Positions 47,402 to 61,937 of a DNA stretch of 64,000 bases are shown piece after piece (the first letter of the stretch is position 1; the number at the start of each line of letters is the position of its first letter). The notes under the pieces are model-generated. The model searched no databases, had not been told where the DNA came from, and saw nothing but the letters and a program-made list of their open reading frames with translations. The stretch is from Escherichia coli. GTDB lineage: Bacteria > Pseudomonadota > Gammaproteobacteria > Enterobacterales > Enterobacteriaceae. The stretch lies in NCBI RefSeq assembly GCF_003334335.1, contig NZ_QOWQ01000005.1; one strand, 5' to 3'. Position numbers and translations under genes: made by a program.

Positions 47402-48793
47402 TTACTGTTTTTCTGGTGGGAAAATCAGATTCAGCACGATGGCAGTAATACCGCCCGCGGCGATCCCGGAGGAGAGCAGGTTTTTCAGCCATTCAGGGGC
47501 AAACTGCAAAATCAGCGGCTGCTGAGACACGCCCAGACCAACCGCCAGCGACAGCGCGATAATCAGAATCGCCCGACGGTTCAGCGGCTCACGAGAAACG
47601 ATACGCACACCGGAGGCGGCGATGGTGCCAAACATTACAAGCGTTGCGCCGCCCAGAACCGGTTCTGGAATGTGTTGTACAAAACCGCTCACTGCCGGGA
47701 ACAGACCCAGCACGATCAACATCAGCGCGACGACAAAACCGACATAGCGGCTGGCAACACCAGTCAACTGGATCACTCCGTTGTTTTGCCCGAAGCAGGA
47801 GTTCGGGAAGGTGTTAAACACCGCCGAAACAAACGAGTTCAGGCCGTTTGCCAGCACGCCACCTTTCAGGCGTTTCATGTACAGCGGACCGGACACTGGC
47901 TGTTCGGAAACGTCAGAGGTCGCCGTGATATCGCCAATGGTTTCCAGCGAAGTGATCATAAAGACCAGCATCAGCGGCAGCAGCAGACTCCATTCAATGC
48001 CAAGACCGTAATAGAGCGGCGTTGGCACCATAATCAGTTCTTGCGTCATCGGTTCGTTGCTTTCTGGCAACATGCCCATAAACCACGCCAGCGCATATCC
48101 GGCCGCCATCGCAATCACCAGTGAGGCCACGCGTAAGTAAGGGTTACGTTGACGGTTAAGCAGGATAATTAAGGCTAAGACCACGCCTGCCAGCAGCAGA
48201 TTTTTCGGTGCGCCGAAGGTGTTATCGCTCATGGCTGCGTAACCGCCGCCAATGGACGTTAACCCAACCTGAATTAGCGACAGGCCGATAATCATCACCA
48301 CAACGCCAGAAACCAGCGGCGTAATAATGCGGCGCGCCAGATGCAGAACGCGGGAGATCACCATCTCGGTGCAACTTGCCAGCATCAACGTGCCGAACAA
48401 AGCCGCCATCATGGTAGGAACATCAGCACCACCGGTTTTCAGCGCGGTACCGCCCATAATCAGCGGGGCAACAAAGTTGAAGCTGGTGCCCTGAATAGAC
48501 AACAGCCCGGAGCCAACCGGACCCCAGGCCTTAATTTGAATAATCGATGCCACACCGGAGGCAAACAGCGACATACTAATAATGTGTTGCGTGTCTTGTG
48601 CCGGTAAACCCAGCGCCTGGCAGATTAATAGCGCTGGCGTGATCACCGCAACGAACATCGCCAGCAGATGCTGACAGGCGGCAAACAGGGTTTGAGGAAG
48701 CGGCGGACGATCTTCAAGACGGTAAATCAGTTCGCTGTTTTGAGTCTGCGCAACCGGTTGCGCATTTTCTGACTCGAGGGTGGAAACAGACAT
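47402..48793 (-). CDS. xanP: Xanthine permease XanP (NCS2)
   Basis: Start at [12 protein letters not shown] (463 aa). Confidence 0.9.
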
Positions 48794-49072
48794 CGAAAAC
48801 AATCCCGTGGTAGCAAAGCGGGCATTTTAGCTGACCGAAAGAGAAAAGCAAACGTTTGCCACATCCTCATCTAAATATTTAAATGAGATAAATGCACTTT
48901 TTTATATAACTTTTGGTATTTTTCTGCTTAAAATCCATGCCATTTGTTCATTAACAGCTGAGAATTTGACCCAGGAAAGCATAACTCGATACCCGTCATA
49001 GTTCATGAAGTTGCCACTGCGCGATGAAGTATGACGAGTATGAAAGAGTGATGCGGATACAAAGGAGTAACT

Positions 49073-50278
49073 ATGTTTCATCTCGATACTTTAGCAACGC
49101 TTGTTGCCGCAACGCTGACGTTGCTGCTCGGGCGTAAGTTGGTCCATTCCGTCTCCTTTTTGAAGAAATACACCATACCGGAACCTGTTGCGGGTGGTTT
49201 GTTGGTGGCGCTGGCGCTACTAGTACTGAAAAAAAGCATGGGCTGGGAAGTCAACTTTGATATGTCCCTGCGCGATCCGTTAATGCTGGCTTTCTTCGCC
49301 ACCATTGGCCTGAACGCCAACATTGCCAGTTTGCGTGCCGGTGGGCGTGTGGTTGGCATCTTCTTGATTGTGGTTGTTGGTCTGTTGGTGATGCAAAATG
49401 CCATTGGCATTGGTATGGCTAGCCTGTTAGGGCTTGATCCGCTGATGGGGCTGTTGGCCGGTTCTATTACGCTTTCCGGCGGTCACGGTACGGGCGCTGC
49501 GTGGAGTAAATTGTTCATTGAACGTTATGGCTTCACCAATGCGACGGAAGTGGCGATGGCCTGTGCAACGTTCGGTCTGGTGCTGGGCGGCTTGATTGGC
49601 GGTCCGGTGGCGCGCTATCTGGTGAAACACTCCACCACGCCGAACGGTATTCCGGATGACCAGGAAGTCCCGACGGCGTTTGAAAAGCCGGATGTGGGCC
49701 GCATGATCACCTCGTTGGTGCTGATTGAAACTATCGCGCTGATTGCTATCTGCCTGACGGTGGGGAAAATTGTTGCGCAACTTTTGGCTGGCACTGCTTT
49801 TGAACTGCCGACCTTCGTCTGTGTACTGTTTGTTGGCGTGATTCTGAGCAACGGTCTGTCAATAATGGGCTTTTACCGCGTCTTTGAGCGTGCGGTATCC
49901 GTGCTGGGTAACGTAAGCTTGTCGTTGTTCCTGGCGATGGCGTTGATGGGGCTGAAACTGTGGGAGCTGGCTTCGCTGGCGCTGCCGATGCTGGCGATTC
50001 TGGTGGTACAGACCATCTTCATGGCGTTGTATGCCATCTTCGTTACCTGGCGCATGATGGGCAAAAACTACGATGCGGCAGTGCTGGCTGCGGGTCACTG
50101 TGGTTTTGGCCTCGGTGCAACGCCAACGGCAATCGCCAACATGCAGGCGATCACTGAACGCTTTGGCCCGTCGCACATGGCGTTTTTGGTGGTGCCGATG
50201 GTCGGTGCGTTCTTTATCGATATCGTCAATGCGCTGGTAATTAAGTTGTATTTGATGTTGCCGATTTTTGCCGGTTAA
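49073..50278 (+). CDS. gltS: Sodium/glutamate symporter GltS
   Basis: 401 aa. Confidence 0.95.
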   Translation: MFHLDTLATLVAATLTLLLGRKLVHSVSFLKKYTIPEPVAGGLLVALALLVLKKSMGWEVNFDMSLRDPLMLAFFATIGLNANIASLRAGGRVVGIFLIVVVGLLVMQNAIGIGMASLLGLDPLMGLLAGSITLSGGHGTGAAWSKLFIERYGFTNATEVAMACATFGLVLGGLIGGPVARYLVKHSTTPNGIPDDQEVPTAFEKPDVGRMITSLVLIETIALIAICLTVGKIVAQLLAGTAFELPTFVCVLFVGVILSNGLSIMGFYRVFERAVSVLGNVSLSLFLAMALMGLKLWELASLALPMLAILVVQTIFMALYAIFVTWRMMGKNYDAAVLAAGHCGFGLGATPTAIANMQAITERFGPSHMAFLVVPMVGAFFIDIVNALVIKLYLMLPIFAG

Positions 50279-50320
50279 CCGATGAAGCGGCGGTAGAAGT
50301 GCCGCCGCAACAAAGACAAA

Positions 50321-50400
50321 TGCCTGATACGCTTCGCTTATCAAGCCTGCGTATTGATTCATAATTTATTGAATTTGTAGGGTGAATCGCATCCGGCAGG
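50321..50400. repeat. REP-like elements between gltS and recG
   Basis: gcctgatacgcttcgcttatcaagcctgc and gtagggtgaatcgcatccggcagg. Confidence 0.4.
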
Positions 50401-50443
50401 AAGGTAGGGTAACCTGAAATGGCGGTCTTCTCACTGCCGCCTT

Positions 50444-52525
50444 TTACGCATTCGAGTAACGTTCTGTCTCCGGCATCCAGCGTTCTATCAAGGCTTTTGC
50501 CTGTTGTGGGTAACGTTCGTGAATATGTCGCGCCAGGCGCTGAACTTCCGGGATCATCGCCTGATCGCGCAGTAAATCCGCCACTTTAAATTCAGCATTA
50601 CCCGTCTGACGCGTGCCTAACAATTCGCCAGGGCCGCGAATCTCCAGATCTTTTTGCGCAATCACAAAACCGTCGTTACTGTCGCGCAGCACTTGCAGGC
50701 GAATTTGCGCCGTTTTAGAAAGCGGCGTTTTGTAGAGCAGCACGCAGTGAGAAGCCACCGCGCCACGACCTACGCGCCCGCGCAGCTGGTGTAACTGCGC
50801 CAGACCCAGACGCTCAGGGTTTTCGATAATCATCAGGCTGGCGTTAGGCACATCAACACCGACTTCAATAACGGTAGTGGCAACCAGCAGATGTAGCTCA
50901 CCTTGTTTAAACGACGCCATCACCGCCTGTTTCTCGGCTGGTTTCATCCGCCCGTGTACCAGGCCAACATTCAATTCTGGTAGCGCCAGTTTCAACTCTT
51001 CCCAGGTAGCTTCCGCCGCCTGCGCTTCCAGTAACTCTGACTCTTCAATCAACGTACAAACCCAGTACGCCTGACGACCTTCAGTTATGCAGGCGTGGCG
51101 CACGCGGTCAATGATGTCGGTACGGCGGGTATCAGGAATAGCGACCGTAGTCACTGGCGTGCGGCCTGGCGGCAGCTCATCTATCACCGAGGTATCGAGA
51201 TCGGCATACGCCGTCATTGCCAGCGTGCGGGGGATCGGCGTGGCGGTCATGATCAACTGATGCGGATGGAAGCCCTGCTGCTGGCCTTTCTCCCACAATG
51301 CCAGACGCTGATGCACGCCAAAACGATGCTGTTCGTCGATAATCACCAGCGCCAGGCCGTTAAACTGCACCTGTTCCTGGAAGATGGCGTGTGTACCGAC
51401 AATCATCTGCACCTGACCGCTGGCGATGGCTTCCTGCTGAGACAGTCGCGCTTTGCCTTTCTGCTTACCGGCGAGCCAGCCCACTTTGATACCGAGCGGT
51501 GCAAACCAGTTGCGGAAGTTATTGGCGTGCTGCTCGGCGAGTAATTCGGTTGGTGCCATCAGTGCCACCTGTTTGCCGTGGGCAATCGCACGCAGCGCGG
51601 CGAGGGCGGCGACCAGCGTTTTACCGGAACCTACATCGCCCTGTACCAGGCGCATCATCGGCACATCCAGCGCCATATCATGCTCGATCTCCGCCACTAC
51701 GCGTGCCTGTGCGCCCGTTGGCTTGAACGGTAAGGCGGCGAGGAGTTTATTTTTCAGCGTGTCATTGGCGCTCAGCGGCTGGGCATGAAAACGCTGTGCT
51801 CCGGCACGTAAGGCTAACATGCTGAGGTTGTGCGCCAGCAGTTCTTCCAGAATCAGACGACGTTGCGCCGGATGCTGCCCGGTTTCCAGATCGCTAAGCT
51901 GTAGCGTCGGTGGCGGGCGGTGCAAAGTGCGCAACGCTTCCGGTAGCGTCATCATTCCTTGTGACAGTTCCGGCGGCAGGAGTTCTTCAATGGCGCAGGT
52001 GTCGAGCAGATCCAGCGCCTGGTCGGTTAATTTACGCAGCGTGGCCTGCTTTACGCCTTCCGTTGTTGGATAAACCGGCGTGAGCGTTTCCTGTAATTCT
52101 GGCGTGCTGAGATCGCCCTGCACGCGGTATTCCGGGTGGATCATCTCCGCACCATATTTACCGCGCTTTGCTTCGCCATAAGCCAGTACACGGCGGCCCG
52201 TCGCCAGGCTATTTTTCATTGCCGCGCTGAAATTGAAAAAGCGCATGGTGAGGATGCCGGAACCGTCGCTGATCTGGCAGGTCATCATCCGCCGACCGCC
52301 GAAGGAGATATTGCAGTTCAGCACTTCGCCTTCCACCGTGGCATAAACGCCCGGCAGTAGTTCTCCGATGGGGTAGAGATGGGTGCGATCTTCGTAGCGC
52401 AGGGGAAGGTGTAAGAGTAAATCCTGCACGGTATGCAGGTTGATTTTCGCCAGTTTGTTACTAAGCGCTGCGCCAACGCCCGTTAGGGAACTGAGCGGGA
52501 CAGTATCTAACAGGCGGCCTTTCAT
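50444..52525 (-). CDS. recG: ATP-dependent DNA helicase RecG
   Basis: Start at MKGRLLDTVPL (693 aa); helicase motifs GDVGSGKT, DEQHRFG. Confidence 0.95.
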   Translation of the reverse strand: MKGRLLDTVPLSSLTGVGAALSNKLAKINLHTVQDLLLHLPLRYEDRTHLYPIGELLPGVYATVEGEVLNCNISFGGRRMMTCQISDGSGILTMRFFNFSAAMKNSLATGRRVLAYGEAKRGKYGAEMIHPEYRVQGDLSTPELQETLTPVYPTTEGVKQATLRKLTDQALDLLDTCAIEELLPPELSQGMMTLPEALRTLHRPPPTLQLSDLETGQHPAQRRLILEELLAHNLSMLALRAGAQRFHAQPLSANDTLKNKLLAALPFKPTGAQARVVAEIEHDMALDVPMMRLVQGDVGSGKTLVAALAALRAIAHGKQVALMAPTELLAEQHANNFRNWFAPLGIKVGWLAGKQKGKARLSQQEAIASGQVQMIVGTHAIFQEQVQFNGLALVIIDEQHRFGVHQRLALWEKGQQQGFHPHQLIMTATPIPRTLAMTAYADLDTSVIDELPPGRTPVTTVAIPDTRRTDIIDRVRHACITEGRQAYWVCTLIEESELLEAQAAEATWEELKLALPELNVGLVHGRMKPAEKQAVMASFKQGELHLLVATTVIEVGVDVPNASLMIIENPERLGLAQLHQLRGRVGRGAVASHCVLLYKTPLSKTAQIRLQVLRDSNDGFVIAQKDLEIRGPGELLGTRQTGNAEFKVADLLRDQAMIPEVQRLARHIHERYPQQAKALIERWMPETERYSNA

Positions 52526-52530
52526 GGCGC

Positions 52531-53220
52531 TTACCCTGCGGCCTGCATGGTGGACCACCAGTCAGCATCAGCTTCGATCTCGCCTTGCTGATTGACGTGG
52601 GGGTAAGGCAGGCCTTTGCGTTTTGCGACTTTCGCCAGCACCGGATAGCCGCCTTCAAACAACAGGCGTTGTTGCTCTGCTTCCGGCAACATGCTGTTTT
52701 CACGCAGGTACATGCCTGCATTTTGCCGCTGACGCTGGGCTTCGTAAAGAATGAGGGCTGAGGCAACGGAAACATTCAGCGACTGCACCATGCCGATCAT
52801 CGGAATGATGATGTCCTGATCCGCCAGGGCCAATGCTTCCTGCGTGATGCCCGTTTTCTCCTGTCCCATCAAAATGCAGGTCGGGCGAGTGTAATCAATT
52901 TCGCGGAAATCGACAGCATTATCAGAAAGATGGGTTGCCAGAATCTGCATGCCCTGGCCTTTCAGATGAGCGACGGCATCGCCAATGGTGCGGTGTGTTT
53001 TCACCTGTACCCAGCTGTTACTACCCGCCGCTGCCGAAGCCATGGTGCGCATCCGGCTACCAGGCCAGACGGCGTGAACTTCATGTACGCCAACGGCATC
53101 TGCGGTACGAATAATCGCAGAAACGTTATGAGGTTTGTGGACCTGCTCCATGCAGACGGTCAGGTCAGGCTGCCGCCTGGCGAGCATTTCGCAGATGCGT
53201 GCATAACGTGTTGGGTTCAT
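52531..53220 (-). CDS. trmH: tRNA (Gm18) 2'-O-methyltransferase TrmH (SpoU)
   Basis: 229 aa SPOUT methyltransferase; last gene-but-one of the spoT operon. Confidence 0.95.
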   Translation of the reverse strand: MNPTRYARICEMLARRQPDLTVCMEQVHKPHNVSAIIRTADAVGVHEVHAVWPGSRMRTMASAAAGSNSWVQVKTHRTIGDAVAHLKGQGMQILATHLSDNAVDFREIDYTRPTCILMGQEKTGITQEALALADQDIIIPMIGMVQSLNVSVASALILYEAQRQRQNAGMYLRENSMLPEAEQQRLLFEGGYPVLAKVAKRKGLPYPHVNQQGEIEADADWWSTMQAAG

Positions 53221-53226
53221 AAAACA

Positions 53227-55335
53227 TTAATTTCGGTTTCGGGTGACTTTAATCACGTCTGGCATCACGCGGATTTTGCGCATGATATTCGCCAGATGCA
53301 CACGGTCACGAGCGGTCAGACGAATAAAGGCGCTGTAGACGCGACCATCTTTCTCTTCCGTATTCAAACTTTGAATATTCGAGGTCGTGGTGTTAATTGC
53401 CGCCGTCAGGTTTGCCAGCGCACCCTGATGATTGAACATCTCCACCTTGATTTCGGTGATGAATTCCTGCGCCGTCTCTTTATCCCATTCCACAGCCATA
53501 AACTTCTCTGGCTCTTTCTGGTAGCCACGGATGTTACGGCAGGATTCATGGTGGATCACCAGACCTTTACCGGGGCTGACGTGGGCGATAATCGGGTCGC
53601 CAGGAATAGGGCGGCAGCATTTCGCAAAGGTGATCAGCACGCCATCGGCACCTTTAATTGGCAGATGTCCGTGACTTTGGGTTGCCGGTGGAATGGAGGC
53701 GTCCCCATGTTGTAGATTTTTCGCGACCACCACGCTCATTGCGTTACCAAGGCCGATTTCAGCCAGCAGATCGTCAAGCGTTGCCAGCTTCATGCGATCC
53801 AGCTCGCGCTGAATATTTTCCTGCGGGATTTCATTCAGCTTACGGCTACCACCCAAAGCATGGTTGAGCAGACGACGGCCCAGGCTTACAGAATCATCAC
53901 GCTTGAGGTTTTTCAGCAACTGACGAATTTTGGCGCGCGCTTTTGAGCTAACGACAAAGTTCAGCCACGCGGCATTCGGGCGAGCGCCCGGTGCGGTAAT
54001 GATTTCAACGGTTTGACCGCTGGTAAGCGGCTGCGACAGCGGGTAAGGCTGGCGGTCAACGCGTGCGCCCACGCAGGCATGACCGATATCGGTATGCACT
54101 GCATAAGCGAAGTCGACGGGCGTTGCACCGGCAGGCAGCTCGACAATGCGCCCTTCCGGTGTGAAAACGTAAATCTCATCCGGGAAGAGATCGGATTTAA
54201 CGCTCTCGATAAATTCAAACGAACTACCGGCGCTCTGTTGCAGCTCCAGCAGGCTTTGCATCCAGCGCTGGGCGCGGATTTGTGCGGTAGTACTGGTTTC
54301 GCCGTGCTCTTTATAAGCCCAGTGCGCGGCAACACCCATCTCCGCCATCTGATCCATATCTTCGGTACGGATCTGGACCTCAACCGGCACGCCGTGCGGG
54401 CCAATCATCGAGGTGTGCAAAGACTGATAGCCGTTCGCTTTTGGAATGGCGATATAGTCTTTCACGCGGCCCGGACGCGGCTTGTACAGGCTGTGCATCT
54501 GGCCCAGCACGCGATAACAGGTGTCAGAATCATTGACGATCACGCGGAAAGCGTAGATGTCCATGATTGAGTGAAAACGCTGCTCTTTGAGCACCATTTT
54601 GCAGTAAATCGAATAAAGATGCTTTTCGCGACCACTGACGCGGCACGGTATTCCCGCTTCCTGCAAACGCCCTTCGATTTCAGAAAGAATCTTCTGGATC
54701 ATCTCTTTACGGTTGCCGCGCGCGGCTTTCACCACTTCTTTGATTACGCGATAACGGTTGGGATACAGCGCCTCAAAACCCAGCTCTTCGAGTTCGGTTT
54801 TAATGTGGTGGATACCTAAACGGTGCGCCAGCGGGCTGTAAATTTCGAGAGTTTCACGGGCGATGCGGCGACGTTTGTCCGGGCGAAGTGAGCCCAGCGT
54901 GCGCATGTTGTGGGTACGGTCGGCAAGTTTGATGAGGATGACGCGGATATCCTGCACCATCGCCATAATCATCTTGCGAAAGTTTTCGGCCTGCGCCTCT
55001 TTCTTATCGCGGAACTTGAGTTTATCAAGTTTCGACACCCCCTCTACCAGCTCGGCGACGCTTTTACCAAAAAGCTGTTCCATATCCTGGTAGGTGGCGG
55101 GAGTATCTTCAATCACGTCATGCAGCAGCGCCGCCATCAGCGTTTCATAGTCGAGTTTCATCTCGGCCAGAATGCAGGCAACCGCTACCGGGTGCGTGAT
55201 ATAGGGTTCACCGCTTGAACGTGTTTGCCCCTCGTGAGCATCACGTGCAACGAGATACGCCTGCCGCAGACGCTTGATTTGGTCTTCCGGCAGGTAGGTT
55301 TGAATCAGTTGATTCAGGCTTTCAAACAGATACAA
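53227..55335 (-). CDS. spoT: Bifunctional (p)ppGpp synthetase/hydrolase SpoT
   Basis: 702 aa with HD, synthetase, TGS and ACT regions. Confidence 0.95.
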   Translation of the reverse strand: MYLFESLNQLIQTYLPEDQIKRLRQAYLVARDAHEGQTRSSGEPYITHPVAVACILAEMKLDYETLMAALLHDVIEDTPATYQDMEQLFGKSVAELVEGVSKLDKLKFRDKKEAQAENFRKMIMAMVQDIRVILIKLADRTHNMRTLGSLRPDKRRRIARETLEIYSPLAHRLGIHHIKTELEELGFEALYPNRYRVIKEVVKAARGNRKEMIQKILSEIEGRLQEAGIPCRVSGREKHLYSIYCKMVLKEQRFHSIMDIYAFRVIVNDSDTCYRVLGQMHSLYKPRPGRVKDYIAIPKANGYQSLHTSMIGPHGVPVEVQIRTEDMDQMAEMGVAAHWAYKEHGETSTTAQIRAQRWMQSLLELQQSAGSSFEFIESVKSDLFPDEIYVFTPEGRIVELPAGATPVDFAYAVHTDIGHACVGARVDRQPYPLSQPLTSGQTVEIITAPGARPNAAWLNFVVSSKARAKIRQLLKNLKRDDSVSLGRRLLNHALGGSRKLNEIPQENIQRELDRMKLATLDDLLAEIGLGNAMSVVVAKNLQHGDASIPPATQSHGHLPIKGADGVLITFAKCCRPIPGDPIIAHVSPGKGLVIHHESCRNIRGYQKEPEKFMAVEWDKETAQEFITEIKVEMFNHQGALANLTAAINTTTSNIQSLNTEEKDGRVYSAFIRLTARDRVHLANIMRKIRVMPDVIKVTRNRN

Positions 55336-55353
55336 GGGCGACCCGCTTTGTGA

Positions 55354-55629
55354 TTAACGACGACCTTCAGCAATAGCGGTAACGGCTTGTAATTCAGCGG
55401 CTTCCTGCTCTTGCTGTTCCTGGCGTTCGCGAACGTCGAGGATCTGGTTGTTGATCAGACCTTCTTCGATTTCGCGCAGCGCGATTACAGTGGTTTTATC
55501 GTTTTCTTCCGGTACCAGCGGATCCTTTCCGCCTACCTGCATCTGACGAGCGCGACGCGCGGCGACCAGTACCAGGTCAAAACGGTTACCAATTTTCTCT
55601 ACAGCGTCCTGAACAGTTACGCGTGCCAT
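55354..55629 (-). CDS. rpoZ: RNA polymerase omega subunit
   Basis: 91 aa [29 protein letters not shown]. Confidence 0.95.
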
Positions 55630-55683
55630 ACTTAAAAAGCTCCACAGGTGAAGAAATGACTGGGCATGATACTGAAATCAGGT

Positions 55684-58861
<3,178 letters not shown>

Positions 58862-59152
58862 GGTTCTCTCCCTAAAAATCTGTCTGGCAGGGTAGCGATT
58901 TGTGCGTATTGTCACGATTGAGATTTTTTAAGGTGAGAGGAAATTGATAACTTGTAGTTATGTGAAATCGCTATTTTCTGTAGCGTAGATGCATTCTTCT
59001 GACTTCTTGTCTGAGAAAATGCATAAGAAAAAATAGGTTAAAATTGAGGGGTGGAAAAGAAAGGTGCAATGTTTAGCCATTGTGTTCACCGCACCTGGAC
59101 TTTGGCTTACGCATCGGGTATCTCAATCAACAAAAAGAGTTTTTAGTTTCTG

Positions 59153-59977
59153 CTATTTCTTCTCTGTAATTTTTACACTGTTTTCCAACTGCTTGATGCT
59201 GACCTGCGGGGTCGGCAACTCCTCAGGCATGGTTCCGCCAAGTTCCTGAATGGTTTGCATCACCTTGCTACCCACGTCAAAGTGTGTGGTATTAGCTTGC
59301 TGTTTTGAATTCACGCCATCCCGCTTGAGTTTTTCTTCTGTTTGGGTAGCTCGAAAGAGATTAGCCGCCAGTTCTGTTGAACCCATATGATCCAGGATCT
59401 TCTGATTCTTTTTCAGCCCCTTCCGCTGATGAATAGCTTTCTGATCTAATCCACCATACAGCCCCTGGTAACCATGATTCTGAAATATGGCGAAATCAGT
59501 AGCTGTCGCTACCCCAGCTTGCTGTGCTGCCTCAACCAATTGTTTGTTATGTTCTTTCAACTCATTTCTCAGAAACAGACGCTTTTCGTCTTCACGAAGT
59601 TGCTTAAATGCTTCATCGTCAGCAAGCTCCTGCCGTCGGGTCTGGATAGCAAAATAAGTCTGCCCTGCCGCAATGACCGGTTTCGCAGGGTCGCCGTTTT
59701 GTACTACCAGGTAACAGGCATAGCGGGAGAGTACGATGTCTTTTAATGCTCTTTTGGCATTTGAGCCAATTTTGACCATATCGAGGATCTCCTCGAAATG
59801 GTCATCAATTGTGTGACCACTGTTCTCACAGGCTTCTTTGGCGCGCGTTAATACAGGTATAAAGTGACGATACTCTGAATAACCCAGTAGTTTCCCAAGT
59901 TGTCTTGCTGACCATTGTTCTGCTCCGTTTGCATTAATCAGTTTTATCTCTTCAAAAGGTTGATGATGTTCGTTCAT
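59153..59977 (-). CDS. dinD: DNA damage-inducible protein D
   Basis: 274 aa from MNEHHQPFE; LexA box immediately upstream. Confidence 0.85.
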   Translation of the reverse strand: MNEHHQPFEEIKLINANGAEQWSARQLGKLLGYSEYRHFIPVLTRAKEACENSGHTIDDHFEEILDMVKIGSNAKRALKDIVLSRYACYLVVQNGDPAKPVIAAGQTYFAIQTRRQELADDEAFKQLREDEKRLFLRNELKEHNKQLVEAAQQAGVATATDFAIFQNHGYQGLYGGLDQKAIHQRKGLKKNQKILDHMGSTELAANLFRATQTEEKLKRDGVNSKQQANTTHFDVGSKVMQTIQELGGTMPEELPTPQVSIKQLENSVKITEKK

Positions 59978-60020
59978 TGCCCACTCCATGTGATATCAAT
60001 TGCAAAGAAAGTAAATCTGT

Positions 60021-60040
60021 AACTGTATTTATATACAGTT
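60021..60040. promoter_or_regulatory. LexA box upstream of dinD
   Basis: AACTGTATTTATATACAGTT, CTGT-N8-ACAG about 45 bp upstream of dinD start. Confidence 0.7.
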
Positions 60041-60132
60041 GTGAGTATCTCACGTTCTCAGTGTGCTGGGCAAAAAAACATCGCAAAATCTGGAGCAGGC
60101 ACGAAAAACAGAATTGAAAGTTGCGGGGAAGA

Positions 60133-60166
60133 AAAATGCCGCTCTGTTTGAGTGGGCGGCATTTGT
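60133..60166 (-). terminator. Terminator downstream of yicC
   Basis: atgccgc...gcggcat hairpin followed by T-run on the minus strand. Confidence 0.5.
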
Positions 60167-60198
60167 GAAGGCTGAAAAGTAAGAATTGGCGTTACGAG

Positions 60199-61062
60199 TT
60201 ATTCAATATTCTGAATCTGCTCGCGCATCTGCTCAATCAACACTTTCAGCTCAATCGCGGAGTTTGTCACTTCGGCATTGATAGACTTCGACGCAAGAGT
60301 GTTCGACTCGCGGTTGAACTCCTGCATCATAAAGTCCAGACGACGACCAACGGCTTCTTTTTTCTTCAGAATGTTGTAGGTCTCTTTGACATGCGCTTCG
60401 AGGCGGTCCAGTTCTTCGGCAACGTCAATTCGTTGTGCCAGCAGAACCAACTCCTGCTCCAGACGGTTGTTTTCCAACTGAACCTGAGCATCTTCCAGCT
60501 TCGCGACCAAGCGTTCACGCTGCCATTGCAGGATTTCCGGCATATGGGAGCGGACTTTGACCACTTCGGCGGTGACGCCTTCCAGACGCTGCTCGATCAA
60601 TGCTTTCAGTGCCTGACCTTCGGTTTCGCGCGCGACAATAAAGTCGTCCAGCGTACCATCCAGCGCCGCGAGAATTTCAGCGGCAATGGCGTCAAGATCC
60701 TGCTCCTGGGCTGCCATCACGCCCGGCCAGCGTAGAATATCAACCGGGTTGATTTCCCCTTCGTCACTCTGCATTTTTACCCAGTTCGCGGCAGTTACCA
60801 GCTGTTTAGCCAGTTTTTCGTTGAGGATCAGCTCACCTTGCGCGCTAACATCTGGCTCATAGCGCAGGGTACATTCCACTTTACCGCGCGTCAGGCGAGA
60901 ACGAATACGCTCGCGAACGACAGGTTCAAGGCTACGGAACTGCTCCGGCAGACGAAAGTAAGTTTCCAGATAACGCTGGTTTACCGAGCGCATTTCCCAG
61001 GTTGCGCTCCCCCATTCACCCTTGATTTCACGCCGGGCGTAGGCGGTCATACTGCGGATCAT
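60199..61062 (-). CDS. yicC: YicC-family stress-induced protein (RNase adaptor)
   Basis: 287 aa YicC N- and C-terminal domains. Confidence 0.9.
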   Translation of the reverse strand: MIRSMTAYARREIKGEWGSATWEMRSVNQRYLETYFRLPEQFRSLEPVVRERIRSRLTRGKVECTLRYEPDVSAQGELILNEKLAKQLVTAANWVKMQSDEGEINPVDILRWPGVMAAQEQDLDAIAAEILAALDGTLDDFIVARETEGQALKALIEQRLEGVTAEVVKVRSHMPEILQWQRERLVAKLEDAQVQLENNRLEQELVLLAQRIDVAEELDRLEAHVKETYNILKKKEAVGRRLDFMMQEFNRESNTLASKSINAEVTNSAIELKVLIEQMREQIQNIE

Positions 61063-61188
61063 AGACGTTCCTGTTTATAAAAGGAGAGGTGGAAGGATTA
61101 TAGCCATCGATGCCTTGTCAGGATAGGAATAACCGCCGGAAGTCCGTATAATGCGCAGCCACATTTGTTTCAAGCCGGAGATTTCAAT

Positions 61189-61905
61189 ATGCGTCCAGCA
61201 GGCCGTAGCAATAATCAGGTGCGTCCCGTTACCCTGACTCGTAACTATACAAAACATGCAGAAGGCTCGGTGCTGGTCGAATTTGGCGATACCAAAGTGT
61301 TGTGTACCGCCTCTATTGAAGAAGGCGTGCCGCGCTTCCTGAAAGGTCAGGGCCAGGGCTGGATCACCGCAGAGTACGGCATGCTGCCACGTTCTACCCA
61401 CACCCGTAACGCTCGTGAAGCGGCGAAAGGTAAGCAGGGTGGACGCACAATGGAAATCCAGCGTCTGATCGCCCGTGCGCTTCGCGCGGCAGTAGATTTG
61501 AAAGCGCTGGGTGAGTTCACCATTACGCTGGACTGCGACGTGCTTCAGGCTGATGGTGGCACGCGTACCGCTTCGATTACGGGTGCCTGTGTGGCGCTGG
61601 CAGATGCGCTACAGAAGCTGGTGGAAAACGGCAAGCTGAAAACCAACCCGATGAAAGGGATGGTAGCCGCGGTTTCTGTCGGGATTGTGAACGGCGAAGC
61701 GGTTTGCGATCTGGAATACGTTGAAGACTCTGCCGCAGAGACCGACATGAACGTAGTGATGACCGAAGACGGGCGCATCATTGAAGTGCAGGGGACGGCA
61801 GAAGGCGAGCCGTTCACCCATGAAGAGCTACTCACCTTGTTGGCGCTGGCCCGAGGGGGAATCGAATCCATTGTAGCGACGCAGAAGGCGGCGCTGGCAA
61901 ACTGA
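61189..61905 (+). CDS. rph: Ribonuclease PH, apparently full length (238 aa)
   Basis: Start at [14 protein letters not shown]; ORF runs to ...[11 protein letters not shown]-stop, with no sign of the K-12 rph-1 frameshift. Confidence 0.9.
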   Translation: MRPAGRSNNQVRPVTLTRNYTKHAEGSVLVEFGDTKVLCTASIEEGVPRFLKGQGQGWITAEYGMLPRSTHTRNAREAAKGKQGGRTMEIQRLIARALRAAVDLKALGEFTITLDCDVLQADGGTRTASITGACVALADALQKLVENGKLKTNPMKGMVAAVSVGIVNGEAVCDLEYVEDSAAETDMNVVMTEDGRIIEVQGTAEGEPFTHEELLTLLALARGGIESIVATQKAALAN

Positions 61906-61911
61906 TTTTTA

Positions 61912-61937
61912 AGGCGACTGATGAGTCGCTTTTTTTT
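61912..61937 (+). terminator. rph-pyrE intercistronic attenuator hairpin
   Basis: gcgactgatgagtcgc followed by T8. Confidence 0.7.

Noticed and set aside
52930-53715. 261-aa plus-strand ORF antisense to trmH and spoT
   Set aside because: It is embedded entirely opposite two highly conserved genes with no promoter, SD or domain signal; long antisense frames are common opposite GC-rich coding sequence. The same applies to 2464..3051, 22540..22995, 28663..29067, 49859..50362 and 54013..54570.
58862-59152. Possible small RNA or small ORF in the dinD / yicG intergenic region
   Set aside because: Only weak imperfect dyads are present; the ORF at 59064..59249 overlaps the dinD 3' end with no SD and is most likely spurious.
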